Notes: generated by a model not told the origin, from the sequence alone. Counted from the first letter of the stretch, positions 1 to 13,768 are shown. The stretch is 64,000 bases of DNA from the human T2T-CHM13v2.0 reference genome, Homo sapiens (GCF_009914755.1 NC_060933.1), one strand, 5' to 3'. Made by a program: numbers and translations.

Positions 1-69
1 TGCCAGGGGGTGCAGAGAAACCTCAAACATAAGAGGTCCTCGGTTAGACGTGATCTCTGTGTTCTGTCC

Positions 70-955
70 TGTTCTCCATCTCAGACAGTGACTCTGCCAT
101 TCATCCAGTCATCCATGCTGAAGCCATCGGAGTCACCCAAGAGCCTCTTTCCATAGCTCCCCTGTGGTATCCTCCTAGTTCCTGTCCCTTCCGCTCCTAG
201 AGTCTCTGCTCCTATCCATCCCTCTCAGTGTCTCCCCTCTCACTCCCTCAGTGGGAGCCCTTCTCTTTCATACAGCCTGCTTTTCAGACTCCTAAGTGGC
301 TCCTGCTCTTGTCCATTCTCCAAATGGCCACCACTATGTCTTTCAAAAATAAATTGGATGGTGTTTCCTACTTTAAAATCTCAGATGCCTTCTTATTGCT
401 GATGGAAGTCTCACCACCTCAGCATGGCACACACAGTTGACTTGGGCTACTTTTTCAGATTTGTTACCACCACCCTCTTTTATTCATCAAAAATGCTAGC
501 CATAAAGAAGTCCTAGTTGTCCCTTGAACATATGGTGCATTACTTCATGGGGGAACCTTTAAATGGGTAAATCATTTCAGGAATGTTCTTCCCAAGCGTC
601 TCATCCTGCTTAATTTTCAAGGTCAGATTTAAAGTGCTCTGGACTCCACAGGTGATGGGATAAAATATAGATGTTAAGAACTAGGGATTCTTAGTTAAAA
701 TTCTGCCAAACTTGATTCCCATTTGGGTAATGGCTTTGCCGCCATGTCCTCGATGGCTGGTCCAGTCCTGGTCTGGAGGAAGGGCTCAGCAACTTCTAGC
801 TAAGTAAATGCAGTGTTATTTCCCTAGGCATCACTGATCTCCCTAGCTGCCTGCATCTGAGCCTCCTGCACCATCACACATCCCCTCAGTGGGCACTACT
901 CTTATTTGTGATGTTTCCCCTACTGAGCTATGACCTCTGAAGATCAGGGACCACA
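70..955 (+). mobile_element. LINE L2 fragments
   Basis: Degenerate match to recalled L2 3' consensus (ccattcatccagtc...ggagtcacc; tctttcaaaaataaattggat...tttaaaatc; cccctactgagctatgacctc...cagggacc); boundaries approximate. Confidence 0.6.
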
Positions 956-1157
956 GTCATTCATCCTACAAACTGGTATTAGCTCTACTCAGTGCTAGGC
1001 GCTGTCCTAGGGGATTAGGTTTTAGCAAGGCACAAAACTGACCAAGGTCTCTGCCCTTAGATAGCTTACATTTTAGCACTGGCAGACTCAGGAGCATATT
1101 CAGTGAATAAATTGTGTGATATTAGAAAACAGTGCTAGTAAAAACATAGTACAGCAG

Positions 1158-1322
1158 AGCTAGGAGTCATGGCTCATGCCCAAATTCCCAGCTACTCCGG
1201 AGGCAGAGGCAGGAGGATACCTTGGACCCAGGAGTTGGAGGCTGCGGTAAGCTGTGATCACACCACTGCACTCCAACCTGGGGGACAGAATGAGACTCTG
1301 TCTTCTTAAAAAAACAAAAAAC
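1158..1322 (+). mobile_element. Alu monomer (FRAM-like)
   Basis: Single right-arm Alu with A-rich tail; flanked by aaaacatagtacagcag / aaaacaaagtagagcag (degenerate TSD). Confidence 0.85.
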
Positions 1323-1543
1323 AAAGTAGAGCAGGAGAGGAAATTGGGGGTTGCAAAGGTTGGACTGTCAGGATACATTTCAGAGGGAAGACACAGAGTA
1401 AAATTTGAAGGCAGCTGGGCATCATTCATTAAAATTCTGCTGAAATGTAGTCTCTATTTGGATAATATCAACCAAGGATTTGCCAAGGAGCTCTCTGAAC
1501 AGAGAACATTCCAGATAGAGGGGACAGTTGAAGAAAGGCCCCA

Positions 1544-1863
1544 TAAGGGACACGGATGAAGCTGGAAACCATCATTCTCAGCAAACTATCGCAAGGACAA
1601 AAAACCAGACACCTCATTTTCTCACTCATAGGTGGGAATTGAAACGTGAGAACACATGGACACAGGAAGGGGAACATCACACTGGGGCCTGTTGTGGGGT
1701 GGGGGGATGGGGGAGGGATAGCATTTGGAGATATACCTAATGTTAAATGACGAGTTACTGGGTGCAGCACACCAACATGGCGCATGTATACATATGTAAT
1801 TATCCTGCACGTTGTGCACATGTACCCTAAAACCTAAAGTATAATAAAAAAAAGAAAAGAATA
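1544..1863 (+). mobile_element. L1PA (about L1PA3-5) 3' end, 5'-truncated
   Basis: ggatgaagctggaaaccatcattctcagcaaactatcgcaagg...G-rich tract...gtaccctaaaacctaaagtataataaaa; TSD aaaggcccca at 1534-1543 and 1864-1873. Confidence 0.95.
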
Positions 1864-2003
1864 AAAGGCCCCAAGGCCGACCTGTGCCTGGAACTTCTGG
1901 GAACACAGAGGAAGCTGAGCCTCTGGTGTAGAGCAAGTGAGTAAGGGGCGGGAGGTAAAGAGGGGAGTCAGGGAGGTGAGGAGCATGGGGCCTTGGGCAG
2001 GGT

Positions 2004-2485
2004 CCCATCTGTAAAACGCAGATGACCTCAAGGATGCTGTTTGAAGGTTAGATGAGGTGATATATGAAAAGTACTCGGCACAGTCTAACACCACAGGGCT
2101 GTCCAATGGAAACATCATGTGAGCCACACGCGCAATCCTAAATTCCTAATAGCCACAATTTTAAAATGCCAAGAAATGGTGAAATTAAATTAAATAATAT
2201 TTTCCTTAACTTTCTGTATATTGTCTTGCTATATATAAACATAATAGTATATATATATTTAACAACAAAATATTATCATTCTAATGTGTCATCAATGTAA
2301 AAAATTATTAATAAGATATTTTACATTTTTTTAAATAAAATCTTCAGAATCTGGTGTGTGTTTTATTCTTACATCTCAATTCAGCCAGTCACATTTTAAG
2401 GACTGCACAGCCAAGTGTGGCTAACAACTGCCGTATTAGACAGTGCAGGTCTGGCACATTGTAAATGCTTAAAAAACATTAAATA
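2004..2485 (+). mobile_element. MIR fragment split by MER33
   Basis: cccatctgtaaaac...ggttagatgaggtgatatatgaaaagtactcggcacag, resuming as ctggcacattgtaaatgct after MER33. Confidence 0.65.
2094..2448 (-). mobile_element. MER33 (hAT-Charlie DNA transposon)
   Basis: Termini cagggctgtccaat...gtattagacagtgcag and internal aataagatattttacatt, aaatcttcagaatctggtgtg, catctcaattc match reverse-complemented MER33. Confidence 0.85.
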
Positions 2486-3509
2486 TCATGAAACACGACA
2501 GGAATTGGGAAATATGCTTGGTCCTGGTATTGAAGGAGGAAGAAATGGAAACTTTGGAGGCTTGTATCAAATAAAGGTCTGATGGCCTCTCCTGCTGGTT
2601 TTCCTCCCTGTCCCTTGGTATGGGATCCCAGAATTTCTCAACTTGAAGTGACCTAGAAATGCAGTCTAACAGGAAAGATCAGGTGCCAGCCTGTAGGTGA
2701 CTTGGAGAGGCAAGAATGTGAGTCCTCTGTCTCCCGGGGTTCCTCTGCCACCTCTGTTCCAGCTCCTATTGCGACTCGTATCTCACTACACCATGAGTCA
2801 CTTCATCCAAGTCTCTGCTTGGCCTAAGGTCACACCCAGAATTTCTACCCTGGGAGTTTCTCCACTGAAGGTGTCTGATTTCAAGATCTGGGTTGTGTTT
2901 TCAAACAACACTTCAGCACCTTTCAAAGTGACGTCATGGTAAGAGTGATGGTATTAACTCCAGCCCTGGTACTAGGGGATGGATGGCAAGAGCTCAGACT
3001 CCCGGCAAGCTGGCTGCTCAGAGAGGGACACAAGGGAAAGCTCCACCTATTAGCTGTGTTTTTCCAACTAAAGATTTAATTAAGCCACTGCTGTGTCAAT
3101 ATTCTTAGCATGCCACCCACTTCTTCCCTTGGATGAAAACATTGTTTGGTTGCCAAGCACGGATTCAGAGGGGAATTGAAGCTCGCTAGAGGGAAAACAG
3201 TATCGAGATGCAACCTATAGTCCCTCCATGGAAGGGCCATTTGGTGTGGGCTTCTGGTTGCTTTGTGGTTTCTGCAGGCTGTGCACACAGCTGCACTCCA
3301 GACCTGGAACAGGGCCTCAAACCTTTCAAAGGGCTCCTATGGAATTACTTGACTTCCTTTTTCTCTTCTGTCAGCTTCTGTCTTTCTCTCAGGAAAGAGT
3401 GTCCAGTGGGCAAACTGGGTTTGCCACCCTGGTTCCTTAAAACCATAATTGTTAGTCTTTCTGTTCGAACAGCTCTTTATTATAACAGTGCTGCTTTTGC
3501 CGTTGTGTT

Positions 3510-3682
3510 TTGAGCACCTGTCTTATGACTTGAACCTTGCATCTGTCATTTCTTATCTTCTACAAGCCTGTGAGGGAGGTGGCATTACTATCTTTATTTT
3601 AAATGGTTGAGCAAATAGAAGGATTGAGAGGTTAAGTAACTTGCTCAAGGTCACTAAGTCTCAGACTTGGGATTTGACTTGA
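3510..3682 (-). mobile_element. MIR
   Basis: gagaggttaagtaacttgctcaaggtcac...gggatttga core. Confidence 0.8.
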
Positions 3683-4078
3683 CTATTGCTACTTTCAAAA
3701 AAAAAATAGTAATAACAATAAAATATAGTAAGTGGCAATACACAATGAGCATCCAATGAAAGGAAGCATCATTATAACACAAATTGGATAAATGTATAAT
3801 TTATGTTGGCACCTCACTCTTCCTGCTACTGGGCCAGAAGTGCTGTCATTACACAGACTTGCTTTGCATTTTAATAGATAATAACGGATTCCCGAGGAAG
3901 CAGTGTCTTCTTCTGGTGCTACTGATTCTCAAGTGATGGACAGTCAAGTTCTGAGGGAATGAGGCAGTCTAGGAGCTTGCATTTGCAGAGAAAGGGTGAA
4001 AAGAAAGAGTGGCACAGGTTTCCAGATAGAAAGAGGGCAAAGATCGATTTACTCGCTTTAATTTTGTATGTGGCTGAT

Positions 4079-4415
4079 TGTGGCAGAGATGATTCCTGCT
4101 TCCTGGATATTCCCTATGCCCCTCTCCATTTTCCAGCCTCCCTTGCAATTAGATCAGGTCATGTGACTTGTCCTAGTGAATTAAAGCGGGGGCACTGTAT
4201 ATATCTTTCTGGCTAAGAGGGCATTTGTTTCCTCCATCCCTTTCTTTTCCTACCTTAGCAATCTCAAAAAGCACATGTTCCAAAAGCCTACAGGATGGAG
4301 GACAGCGTCTGAATCCCTTTAGACTTTGAAGCAACCAAGAAATAAGGCTTTATTGTGCTATGCTACTGAAATTCTAGGGCTCATCTGTCCCTGCAGCAGA
4401 GCCTGGCCCATTCTG
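4079..4415 (+). mobile_element. MLT1 (J/H-like) ERVL-MaLR LTR
   Basis: tgtggcaga...ttttccagcctcccttgcaattag...catgtgact...gaaataa...ctgaaattctaggg...gcagcagagcctggcc. Confidence 0.7.
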
Positions 4416-4518
4416 AATGGTGCGCCCATGACCCTTGATTGTCAAGTCCCTTCACCGTCAGCATTTTTTTTTTGTATGAGCCAGTTTCTACTTCTCAGAA
4501 GGGAGCAAAATGGTGCTT

Positions 4519-4591
4519 TGGCCAAGGATTGGCTTATTCTTCACCCTGAAATGGCGTGGCCTAGGATTGGCCTATTCTTCACCCTGAAATG
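4519..4591. repeat. 38-bp tandem duplication (2 copies)
   Basis: tggccaaggattggcttattcttcaccctgaaatg / tggcctaggattggcctattcttcaccctgaaatg, 2 mismatches in 35 bp. Confidence 0.95.
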
Positions 4592-4779
4592 TGACCATCC
4601 TGAGATTATTTTCCCAGTGGTAATAAGGTGTTGGCACCATTTCCTCTGCCTCTTTTGGCATAGGGCAGAGGCAACCATCCCTCTAGGAGGACAGAGACAC
4701 TTGCAGATGAGGACTTCTCAGTCAGTTCTCTTGGTTTCTATGTCTTTGTCCTCTCCCGGTTTCTTTTCTACTTCATGGG

Positions 4780-5948
4780 AGAATCCTTGAGTTCCTGCTG
4801 ACTTCTCCCTCCCTTCTCCATATCTGAACTTTAGGGCACCCCCAGAGTTATATCCTGGAACTCCTTCTCTTGGCATCCCAGGTGATTCCCCTGGTCCATG
4901 ACTTTAAACACCATCCCTATGCAGATGATTCCCATCTTCATATCTCTATCCCTGACCTGGAGCCAAGAGGACCCATTTATTCAGTTGCTTCCCTGACATC
5001 TCTACTCTCATAGACATTAAAAACTTAGCATGCCCATAAGGAGCCACGGATTTACCCACACCTCCTCCTTCTGTCTTTCTCAGAAGTCTCCTCCTGTGCC
5101 ATGTCTCTGTTAATGACACCACTCACAACTCAGTTAAGCAGATCTGAATCTAGGCTTCATCTCTGATTCCCCTCCTTACCTTACCTTCCACATCTAATCC
5201 ATCACGAAGTTCTCTCAGCTCTAGCTCCAAAACATATATCCTGAATTTTCCATGTCTTCCCACCTTTGCAGCTACTGACTCATCCAGACATTACTAAATC
5301 TCACCTGGACTAGGCCTCTTGTGTTGTGTGCCTGCTTTCATCCACTATTTTCTTTCCTTGTTCTTTACATAGCAGCATGGGGTATTATTCAATAACATAA
5401 ATCAGGTCACTGGATATCTAGTGGCTTTTCATGACACTTTGAACAATAATCTGCCATAAAATATAGTTATATACCTTGACCTAGTGTCGGTTGCCTCTCT
5501 TTCCTCATCTCTTGCCCGTTTCCTTTTGGTCACTGGACTCGAGCCCATTGGCTTTCTTTTGGCTTCTCTAACACTATAAGCTTTGTCCTGCCTCAGGGAC
5601 TTTGCACCTGCTATTCCCTGTGCCCTCAGGACTTTACATGGCTGGATCCTTCTTGACATTTATGTCTTGAGTCAAAAGTCACCTTCTCAAAGAGATCTCA
5701 AAGAGGCCATACTCAAAGTAAATCAGGCTGGGGATCCCCGCTGTCTCTGATTGCCCTGCTTCCATGGCCATGGCCTCACAGTGCTCATCATCTTCTGAAG
5801 TAGCAGTATTATTTATCTGTGTAATTATCATTATGTGGAGTAAGAATCTAAGTGTCATGAAAGCAAGAACTTTGTCTTTTCACTGCTGTATCCCTACCTA
5901 GCATGTAGTTGATCAATACAATACTTGTTGGAAGATGAATGAATGAAA
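4780..5948 (+). mobile_element. LINE L2 (L2a-like) 3' ~1.2 kb
   Basis: ccatgactttaaacaccatccctatgcagatgattcc (RT YADD region), cagggactttgcacctgctattccc, ends aaatacttgttggaagatgaatgaatgaa. Confidence 0.85.
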
Positions 5949-6059
5949 GGAAGTACCTACTTGAGGTCAATTCCCTGTAGTGGTCTATACGTTTAACAGC
6001 TAGAAAAGAGGGCTTCACCTAGGAAGTTCTGCCTCTACTTAGACCTGAACGAAAGCCAC

Positions 6060-6525
6060 CTCTATCCTGGACCTGTTGCTTTATAGGGCCTTACTCTGAC
6101 CCTTCTCTGGCCTTGCTGCTCCCCATAGGATCAAGGGGCAAAGAGGATGTGCCCTCCCAGAGTGCAGTCTAGCAGGAGGTATGACCCTTCCAGAAATCCT
6201 TTCTAGAGTGCCCCCTTTCTAGACTCCAGAATTCCCTGTGCAAGGACCTCAAGCCCGCTTCCACGGCCTGCATAGGATCTTTCCCCATGTCTGTCCTCTA
6301 AAGGGCAGTCCAATGTGTGCAACCCTAGGTGCCAGTTTCAACATGGAACTCCAAGAATTCTGCAAATTCCATGTTGGAAGTTGGCCTTCTAGGTCATGAT
6401 GAAGGCAGGAGGATAGAAGATTACGTATCAGGCAGTTTGTGAGCTTGGTTTCTATATTCTAAGTATTTATGTGTGACCTCCATTGGGACTGTTTTCTAAG
6501 CCTGCAAATGCTGCGGGCAGGCCTG
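6060..6525. mobile_element. hAT-Tip100 remnant (MER115/Zaphod-like)
   Basis: tggccttctaggtcatgatgaagg...cctccattgggact...gcctgcaaatgctgcgggcaggcctg resembles the recalled MER115 terminus. Confidence 0.55.
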
Positions 6526-6859
6526 CTTCAGCGTGCGGGGTAGATTCCTCTTGCATTTATGTGAGATCGGGTGGAGGTTGGTGAACTCCCTTCAGTCATC
6601 AAAGCGGAGGGGCCTCCCTAGGAAAGAGCCCCCAACTTCATAGGATGCAATAAGCCACGTTCCTTTCCTACTTTTGTATTTCCAATATCCCCTGCTTGCT
6701 CTCCCTACGATAATTAAGAGAAGTTATGGTAAAGAATTTGTGAACAAGCTACATGTCCCATAACAGGGGATTAAATAAATAAATTAAGTGAATCTGTCCA
6801 ATGCAATGCTCTGTATATATTACAATGTTTTAGAAAAATAATTGGCAGCACTGGAATAA

Positions 6860-7075
6860 TAACAATGATGGCAGTGCCCACATCTTGGGTGCTTGGCCTT
6901 GGCCAGGAAGTGTGCACAACCCTTCACATGTACGATCTCATTTAGGTCTCACAACTAAATGGTGCTTTATTAGTTTGAGTTATCAGTGAGGGAACCAAGC
7001 TTTAAAGAATTTAATTATCCAAGGGTGTGGGACTAGAGAGTTGTTCTCTGAGTCTTTGGAACTGGACCATAGCTC
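6860..7075 (-). mobile_element. MIR
   Basis: tctcatttaggtctcacaac...gtgagggaaccaagctttaaagaatttaattatccaagg. Confidence 0.6.
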
Positions 7076-7169
7076 CTCCTTGGAAGTGGAGTCTTCTAGA
7101 ATTGCTGGAGCCCTTCCCCTAGGAGAAGTGAGCCCTGAACCCTTTGACTCTCATCTTGCTTTCCCCTTC

Positions 7170-7305
7170 CCTTGGCCTCTGAATATTCAACCTCTTTAAG
7201 CCTCAGTTTTTTCACCAGTGAAATGGGAATAGCAATTGTAGTGATGCCTGTAATTATGAAGATTATGTGGAATAAGCATGTAAGCTGGGAAGTGCTCATA
7301 AACCA
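7170..7305 (+). mobile_element. MIR
   Basis: aacctctttaagcctcagttttttcaccagtgaaatgggaata. Confidence 0.75.
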
Positions 7306-7998
7306 TACCCAGTAAGGGTTGGTCCTGGCTCTTTCTGTAAGTCCCAATTTTTCTTCTTTGATGCTGGTCATCTGCTATTCATCTCCTCCCAGGCATGCAG
7401 GGACCAGGAGGTGGGAGAAGTGGCTGTCCTCATCATTCCATCCCTGTGGGTGGGGGCATGGTTGAAACCATCTGGAGCTTCCACACCACCTGAATGACCT
7501 CTTCCTCCTTGCAGCTCTCCGGCTTGGTGGGCTAAATGATTTGATTTCCTTTCCTGTTTTGAGATGCCCATCAAGGCCCCTTCAGTATGACCAGACTCCA
7601 GGAACAGAGTGAGCGAGGGGAGAGAAAAGAGAATGAAAAGTGAAGAAAAATGAAATAAAACATATATAAATTAGTATTCATTGAGAAAGATCTGGAAAAA
7701 TCTTACCCAAGAGATTAATGGTAATAATATTGGGGTTCTGGAAATATGGCTACTTTCATTTTTTTTCCTTTAAACTTACATGCATTTTCTACTTCATTCT
7801 ACAGTGGACACTAACTCATTTTGGTCATTAAAAAAAAATGCATTTTTTTTTTTTTAGGTAAAGAACCTGGGTGCTTGCCGTCAGGGGAATGAGGGAAGGT
7901 AGAGACAGGGAGGTGGCCTCCTCTTGGGTAGTTCGTCTTGGGCACAAAAGACCCTACGGTGTAGAGTGGGGAAGATGGAAGAGGAAATTGAGCATGAA

Positions 7999-8533
<535 letters not shown>

Positions 8534-9329
8534 TCACTGCCGGGGACAGCATGGCACAGCTCGCTATTGATTTCCCCAACATAGCTTCCCATACCTGCGG
8601 GAGAGAGCGACTCAGGCTCTCGAGGAACACACACATAAGCCAAATGTAATTCAATGTGACCATAAACTTTCTATGACTTTCACCTCTTAGAAGCTCTTCT
8701 TAACAGAATGCCACTGAGCTAGGTTCTCTCCCACTGACCTGAGAAGCATCTGCTTTAGGTGATCTAAGGACAAGATAGGCCATCCTGCTTTATTTTCACA
8801 AAATCCAGAACAAGAAATACCTGCTTTGTTGGTCAAAAAAACGATGGTGTGCTTGATTGGACAGGGAATTTCCCTGGCTCTTCTCCTAATCTTTTCCCAG
8901 TTATGTTCCCATGCAAAAGACACACTTGAATTTAACCCCTAAGTTGACAGATACCCACCACTGGTCCTTCCATTCTCTACAGCTTTCTTTGCTATGGTCT
9001 GATGGTTCTTTCCACACAAATGTGAGGACTATTATTTACTGAGAATTTTGTCTGCAGAAATATGAGGATATAAGATGCGTGTCACTCTAGCTGACATCTA
9101 TAACCTCAATCCTGAATTCACCCAACATTCCTCTCATTGCAGGGTTGAGAAAATGCCTTTTGGTAAAATCATAGAATGGTAAAGCAATAAGGAACCTTTG
9201 GGATCTGCTCAATGCCTGCTCATGGACACAGGCTTCTTAGTGACAGAGCCAGGGCTAAAACAATGAAAGCTATTTCTTTTGCTGGCTATGCATCAACTAC
9301 TTAATTGAACGTGGTGGCAGTTCAAAATC

Positions 9330-10800
9330 CTCAGTCCCAGCCCCTTTTCTCACTCTGTGCTCTAACACCAGGTGGACACATTCATTTCCAGATGTTAAAT
9401 ACTGTTGTATGCCTATGACTTCCAAAGTTAGATTTTTAAGCTCCAGACTCATGTATCTAACTGCCTACACACTCTTTCTCCTTGGCTGTCTTGCACATAT
9501 ATCTAAATTTGTCTGAAACAAAGCTCTTGGTCATACACCCAACATTTTACTCCTCACAACCTCCCTCATCTCAGTAAATGTCACCATCATCCACCTGGTT
9601 GTTAAAGCTGGAAGTTGGAAGTCGCCCTGGAGTGCTTTCTTTAGTCCACATCTACTTCCAGTCCTGTTGGTTCCACAGCAGGGTAGGTCTCCAACCAATC
9701 CATGCCTCTCCATCCCCAAGAGTGTGCTCTCCCAGGTCACTGTTATCTCATATGTAGACTATTCCAACAGTTCCTGAATTTTTTATTTCTTCTTCTTTAC
9801 CTACTGCTATGATTTGAATACTTGTCCCCTCCAAAACTCAAGCTGAAACTTTCCCAGTGTAACAATATTATGAAGTGGAGCCTTTAAGAAGTGATTGGGT
9901 CATGAGGGCCCTCATAGATGGATTAATCTATTCATGGATTAATAAATTAGTGGGTTATGGAGGGAGTGAGGTAGTTATCACGAGAGTGGATCTGTTATAA
10001 AAGTCAATTTGGCCATCTCTTGTGAGCTCCGTCACCATGTGATGCCTTGCACCACCTCAGGACTCTGCAGGGAGTCCCTACCAGCAAGAAGGTCCTCTCC
10101 AAAGGCAGCTACTAAGTCTTGGACTTCCCAGCCTCCACAATTGTAAGACATAATTTTTTTTTCTTTATAAACACCCAGTCTCAAGTATTGAGTTATAGTA
10201 ACAGAAAATGAACAAAAATCCCTACCATCCAACCCATTCTCCACACAGCATTCAGCATAATCTAATGATGTAAGCCAGGTTCTATCATGATTGCTAGTTA
10301 CAATCCTTCTAATTGCATATGGAGTAAAATCCACAATCCACAGTGGTGTGGAAAGCTCTGACAATCCAGTCCCTGCACATCTCTAACTGCAGTTTATCTC
10401 ACTCTCACCTTTGGTCACTCAGGTTCAGCCATGCTGGCCTTCTTTTAGTTTCTCAAATGTGCACAGTGATTCCTTGTCTCTGGGTCTCTGGCTGTGCTGT
10501 TCTTCTGCTTGGAAACACTCTGCCTTCTTCCCCTCCTCATACTCCAGACCTCAGCTTAAGTATGACATCCTCAGAGGGGCTTTTTCTGATAACTTGCCAG
10601 TCTCTAAGTCAGTCCTTTGTTAGTTTCCTTTGTAGCACTTATCGCAATTTGTAATTCTTTTATTAATAAGTCCTTTTATTCAAATTCATTTATTGTGACT
10701 ACTCCAAGAGCAAAGCCAAGTTTGCCTTTCTTATTGTAATATCTATAGCACCTGTCACAGTGCCTGACACATAAGAAGTGCTCATAATATATTTGTTAAA
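9330..10800 (+). mobile_element. LINE L2, interrupted by an MST LTR
   Basis: ctccagactcatgtatctaactgcctac, ctcagtaaatgtcaccatcatccacc, ends gcacctgtcacagtgcctgacacataagaagtgctcataatatatttgtt. Confidence 0.8.
9805..10220 (+). mobile_element. MSTD-like MaLR solo LTR
   Basis: tgctatgatttgaatacttgtcccctccaaaactca...ttggacttcccagcctcc...cccagtctcaagtatt; 5-bp TSD cctac at 9800-9804 and 10221-10225. Confidence 0.9.
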
Positions 10801-13455
10801 GAAAAATATAAAATCACAGTGCCTCCCTAACATTGGCTTATTATTTTAGAATGAGTTTGCATACCATCCCAGTGAGAAAGTTTTTCTTCTCCGATTAGAT
10901 CTTTATAAACAATTTCTTCTTCTTTTTGCTTAGAATTTTGCTTCCTTTTAGTATAAATACAGGAATTTGAGAGCTTGTTTGGCAGTAACTATGCTGTTGG
11001 CTTATGTACTTTACTTTAGAAAGCATGCAGATGCTAAGTAAACTGCACAGGCCCAGAGATGTATATCCATGTGTCTTTAAAAAATAGACATCTGTTCTTT
11101 CTGATCTTCTTCTATGTTCACTGCTGCAGAGAATCCAAACTCAAGCAGATGAGTTAGAATCATTATTCTGAACCTCGTGGTTTTTAATGAATGGCTCCAA
11201 CTCTTTGTTCTAATAGACATAATCTGTATAAATTCATTGAATGGGACAATGCTGCAAGAGAAAGAAGGTTTTGAAGAATCCACTGGCAAGAGTCCATTTG
11301 CTCGTCAGTGATAAGTAACAGGTCACATGGTTTGTCCATAGCCTGGAGGATGATGTCACGGAAGCTGAGGGATTTGCAGAAGAGTCTGACCCTGTATTAA
11401 CCTCATCATTTGCTTGGATAAACTTCAACCTGGCGTTGCTTTCTTTACTTTGTATATTTCAAATTAGTTCTTCTAGGGGTGATGTAACCCAGAGAAACAC
11501 AACTACAGGAGTTGTTCAGATGTACATTATTTCCAAAACACAAACAAATCCCCAAGTTTCCAAAAGTAGGGTTTTCCAGTGCTTCTAAATATAGAAGCAC
11601 AGCCTCAACATTCCTTGGAGAATTTTCTGGAAGTATAAGGAATTGTTAAACTGTAAGGAAGGGAAGAATTAGAGAGTACAATGTCTATAAAGGAGATGAC
11701 TGAGTATGTAACTACGAAAGAATTCTTCTAAGGCGAGAGACATCTTCTATCATAAATTTACCATCTAAGACTTTCTTGAACTTTTTCAAATTTGCAAAAT
11801 ATACATCATATTGGCTTCATTGATACCAGATAATAAAGCCTCATAAACCTGTGTCTGTGAACCCTCTGTTACATAGTGTATCTACAGCTATGCCCAATCA
11901 GGCACTTATTAAATGCTTTTAATTGACACACCTTTAAAAGTTGGGGTAAAAATACCTTTTAGAAAGCTCAAGTAAGTGTTTTCTTAGCTTAGAAAATAGC
12001 CTGAAACTGGCCCTGTCTGCTACCTTGTACAAGAAACTCAACCCCATTTTCCATACGTTAATGCAAAATACAGTTTAAAACACAGTTGCCACTGGCAGAA
12101 GAAAGCAAAGCAATTGCCCGCATAACCCAATTTCACTTTAGCCTTTGCTGAAGTTGGCCCAGGTTCAGCGTGTCTACACTCATGCCACACGCCTGCGGCC
12201 TGGGTTCCTACACCTCCCTAAGTTCCCAGGCAGCCCTGGGCTGGAGGCACAGAGAACAACCAATTTCCCATTAAGCCTCCCCCGCCCTACCCGAACGCCA
12301 GGCAGAGTCTTCCCCTGCTTGTCACCTGGTTGGGAACCTTTAGAGGCAGCTCATCTTTGCATCTCCCCATCACAGGGAGCAGTGGTTTTGGTACCCACAG
12401 GACTTAGCCTTTGGTTTGCATCTGTCCTTCAGAGGAGGAGGATACAGAGGCTGGTTTTGAGATTATTTGGAGCTGGTGATCAGTGAGGTCTCTTTAAGCT
12501 GATTGAGCCAACTGTGCTGACTTAGTCAGTTAACCTAGATAAATACCACTCTGAGTTTTCTTTTTTCATTTAAGAAAAATAGTGTCAGAGTACAGGATGG
12601 ACTCCCCCAGTGGGAGAGCTGACACCATGTAAATGATTCATTAGCAGATGCTTTAGCTGAACCTCAGCTGTTTTCACCAGTGACGTCGATGTGACGGAGA
12701 TATTTGTTCAGGTGATGGGACTTGAGTGGGCCTTGGGCCAGACCTCCACCCCCAGGGACCACCCTTCTAGCACTGAAAGGCAATAGTCTTCACACTGGCT
12801 GAATCCTGTATTTTCTCAATCCTCCAAATCCGACCAACTTCTCTAAATTGTACTGCAAGGTTTTGGCAGCCAGAGCTCCCACTCCTTGCCACCATCCCAC
12901 CGCCACCACTGGAGGTGCTGAAGGCCAAGTACAAGCCATCCGGGTGGAAACCTGTATTTGAAGGTCTGCACCGCGGGTAAGTCTCCCTGCCTTTCTCTGC
13001 TGTGGTTGATCCCCCTGATGAGGTGGGTTTGTTCATGAGTGTGCGGAGGTCTTGAATTAGAGCAGCTCATCTCCAGGTGGCCGATGCCACATGTATTTGC
13101 AATGGATTTTGCCAACTAACTCACTGGATTATCTATCCCTGGTTAGGTATCTCAGAGGTCCAGAGATTTTTGAGGTTTCAAACTTCCCATTTTTTAAGGT
13201 TTCCAGTATTTTAAAAAATGAAGAAACACCTACAAATGGTTCTTTAAAAACACCTTATGATATGTTCAGTTTACTTGGTCTATTTCTGGAATTGTATGCT
13301 ATCCCTAGCTAGAAATGACAACACAAACAAAATCGGAGCTCTCCTGATGTGAAGATTGGACCAAACAGCTTCTCTAGCCTCAGCAGCTCCCTGCCAGCTC
13401 CTGAGCCTGCCTGTCCTCTGTGGACTCTGGCCTGTGGTCAAACCTGTTAGGGAAT

Positions 13456-13768
<313 letters not shown>

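Larger units (their letters stand above)
957..1990 (-). mobile_element. LINE L2 antisense, interrupted by FRAM and L1PA
   Basis: cattcatcctacaaa...gtgctaggcgctgtcctagg...ctctgcccttagatagcttacattttag resembles the reverse-complemented L2 3' end; similarity resumes after each insertion. Confidence 0.6.

Noticed and set aside
12767-13036. WD40-like peptide FHPDGLYLA in a minus ORF
   Set aside because: Isolated 9-mer with no surrounding WD40 pattern
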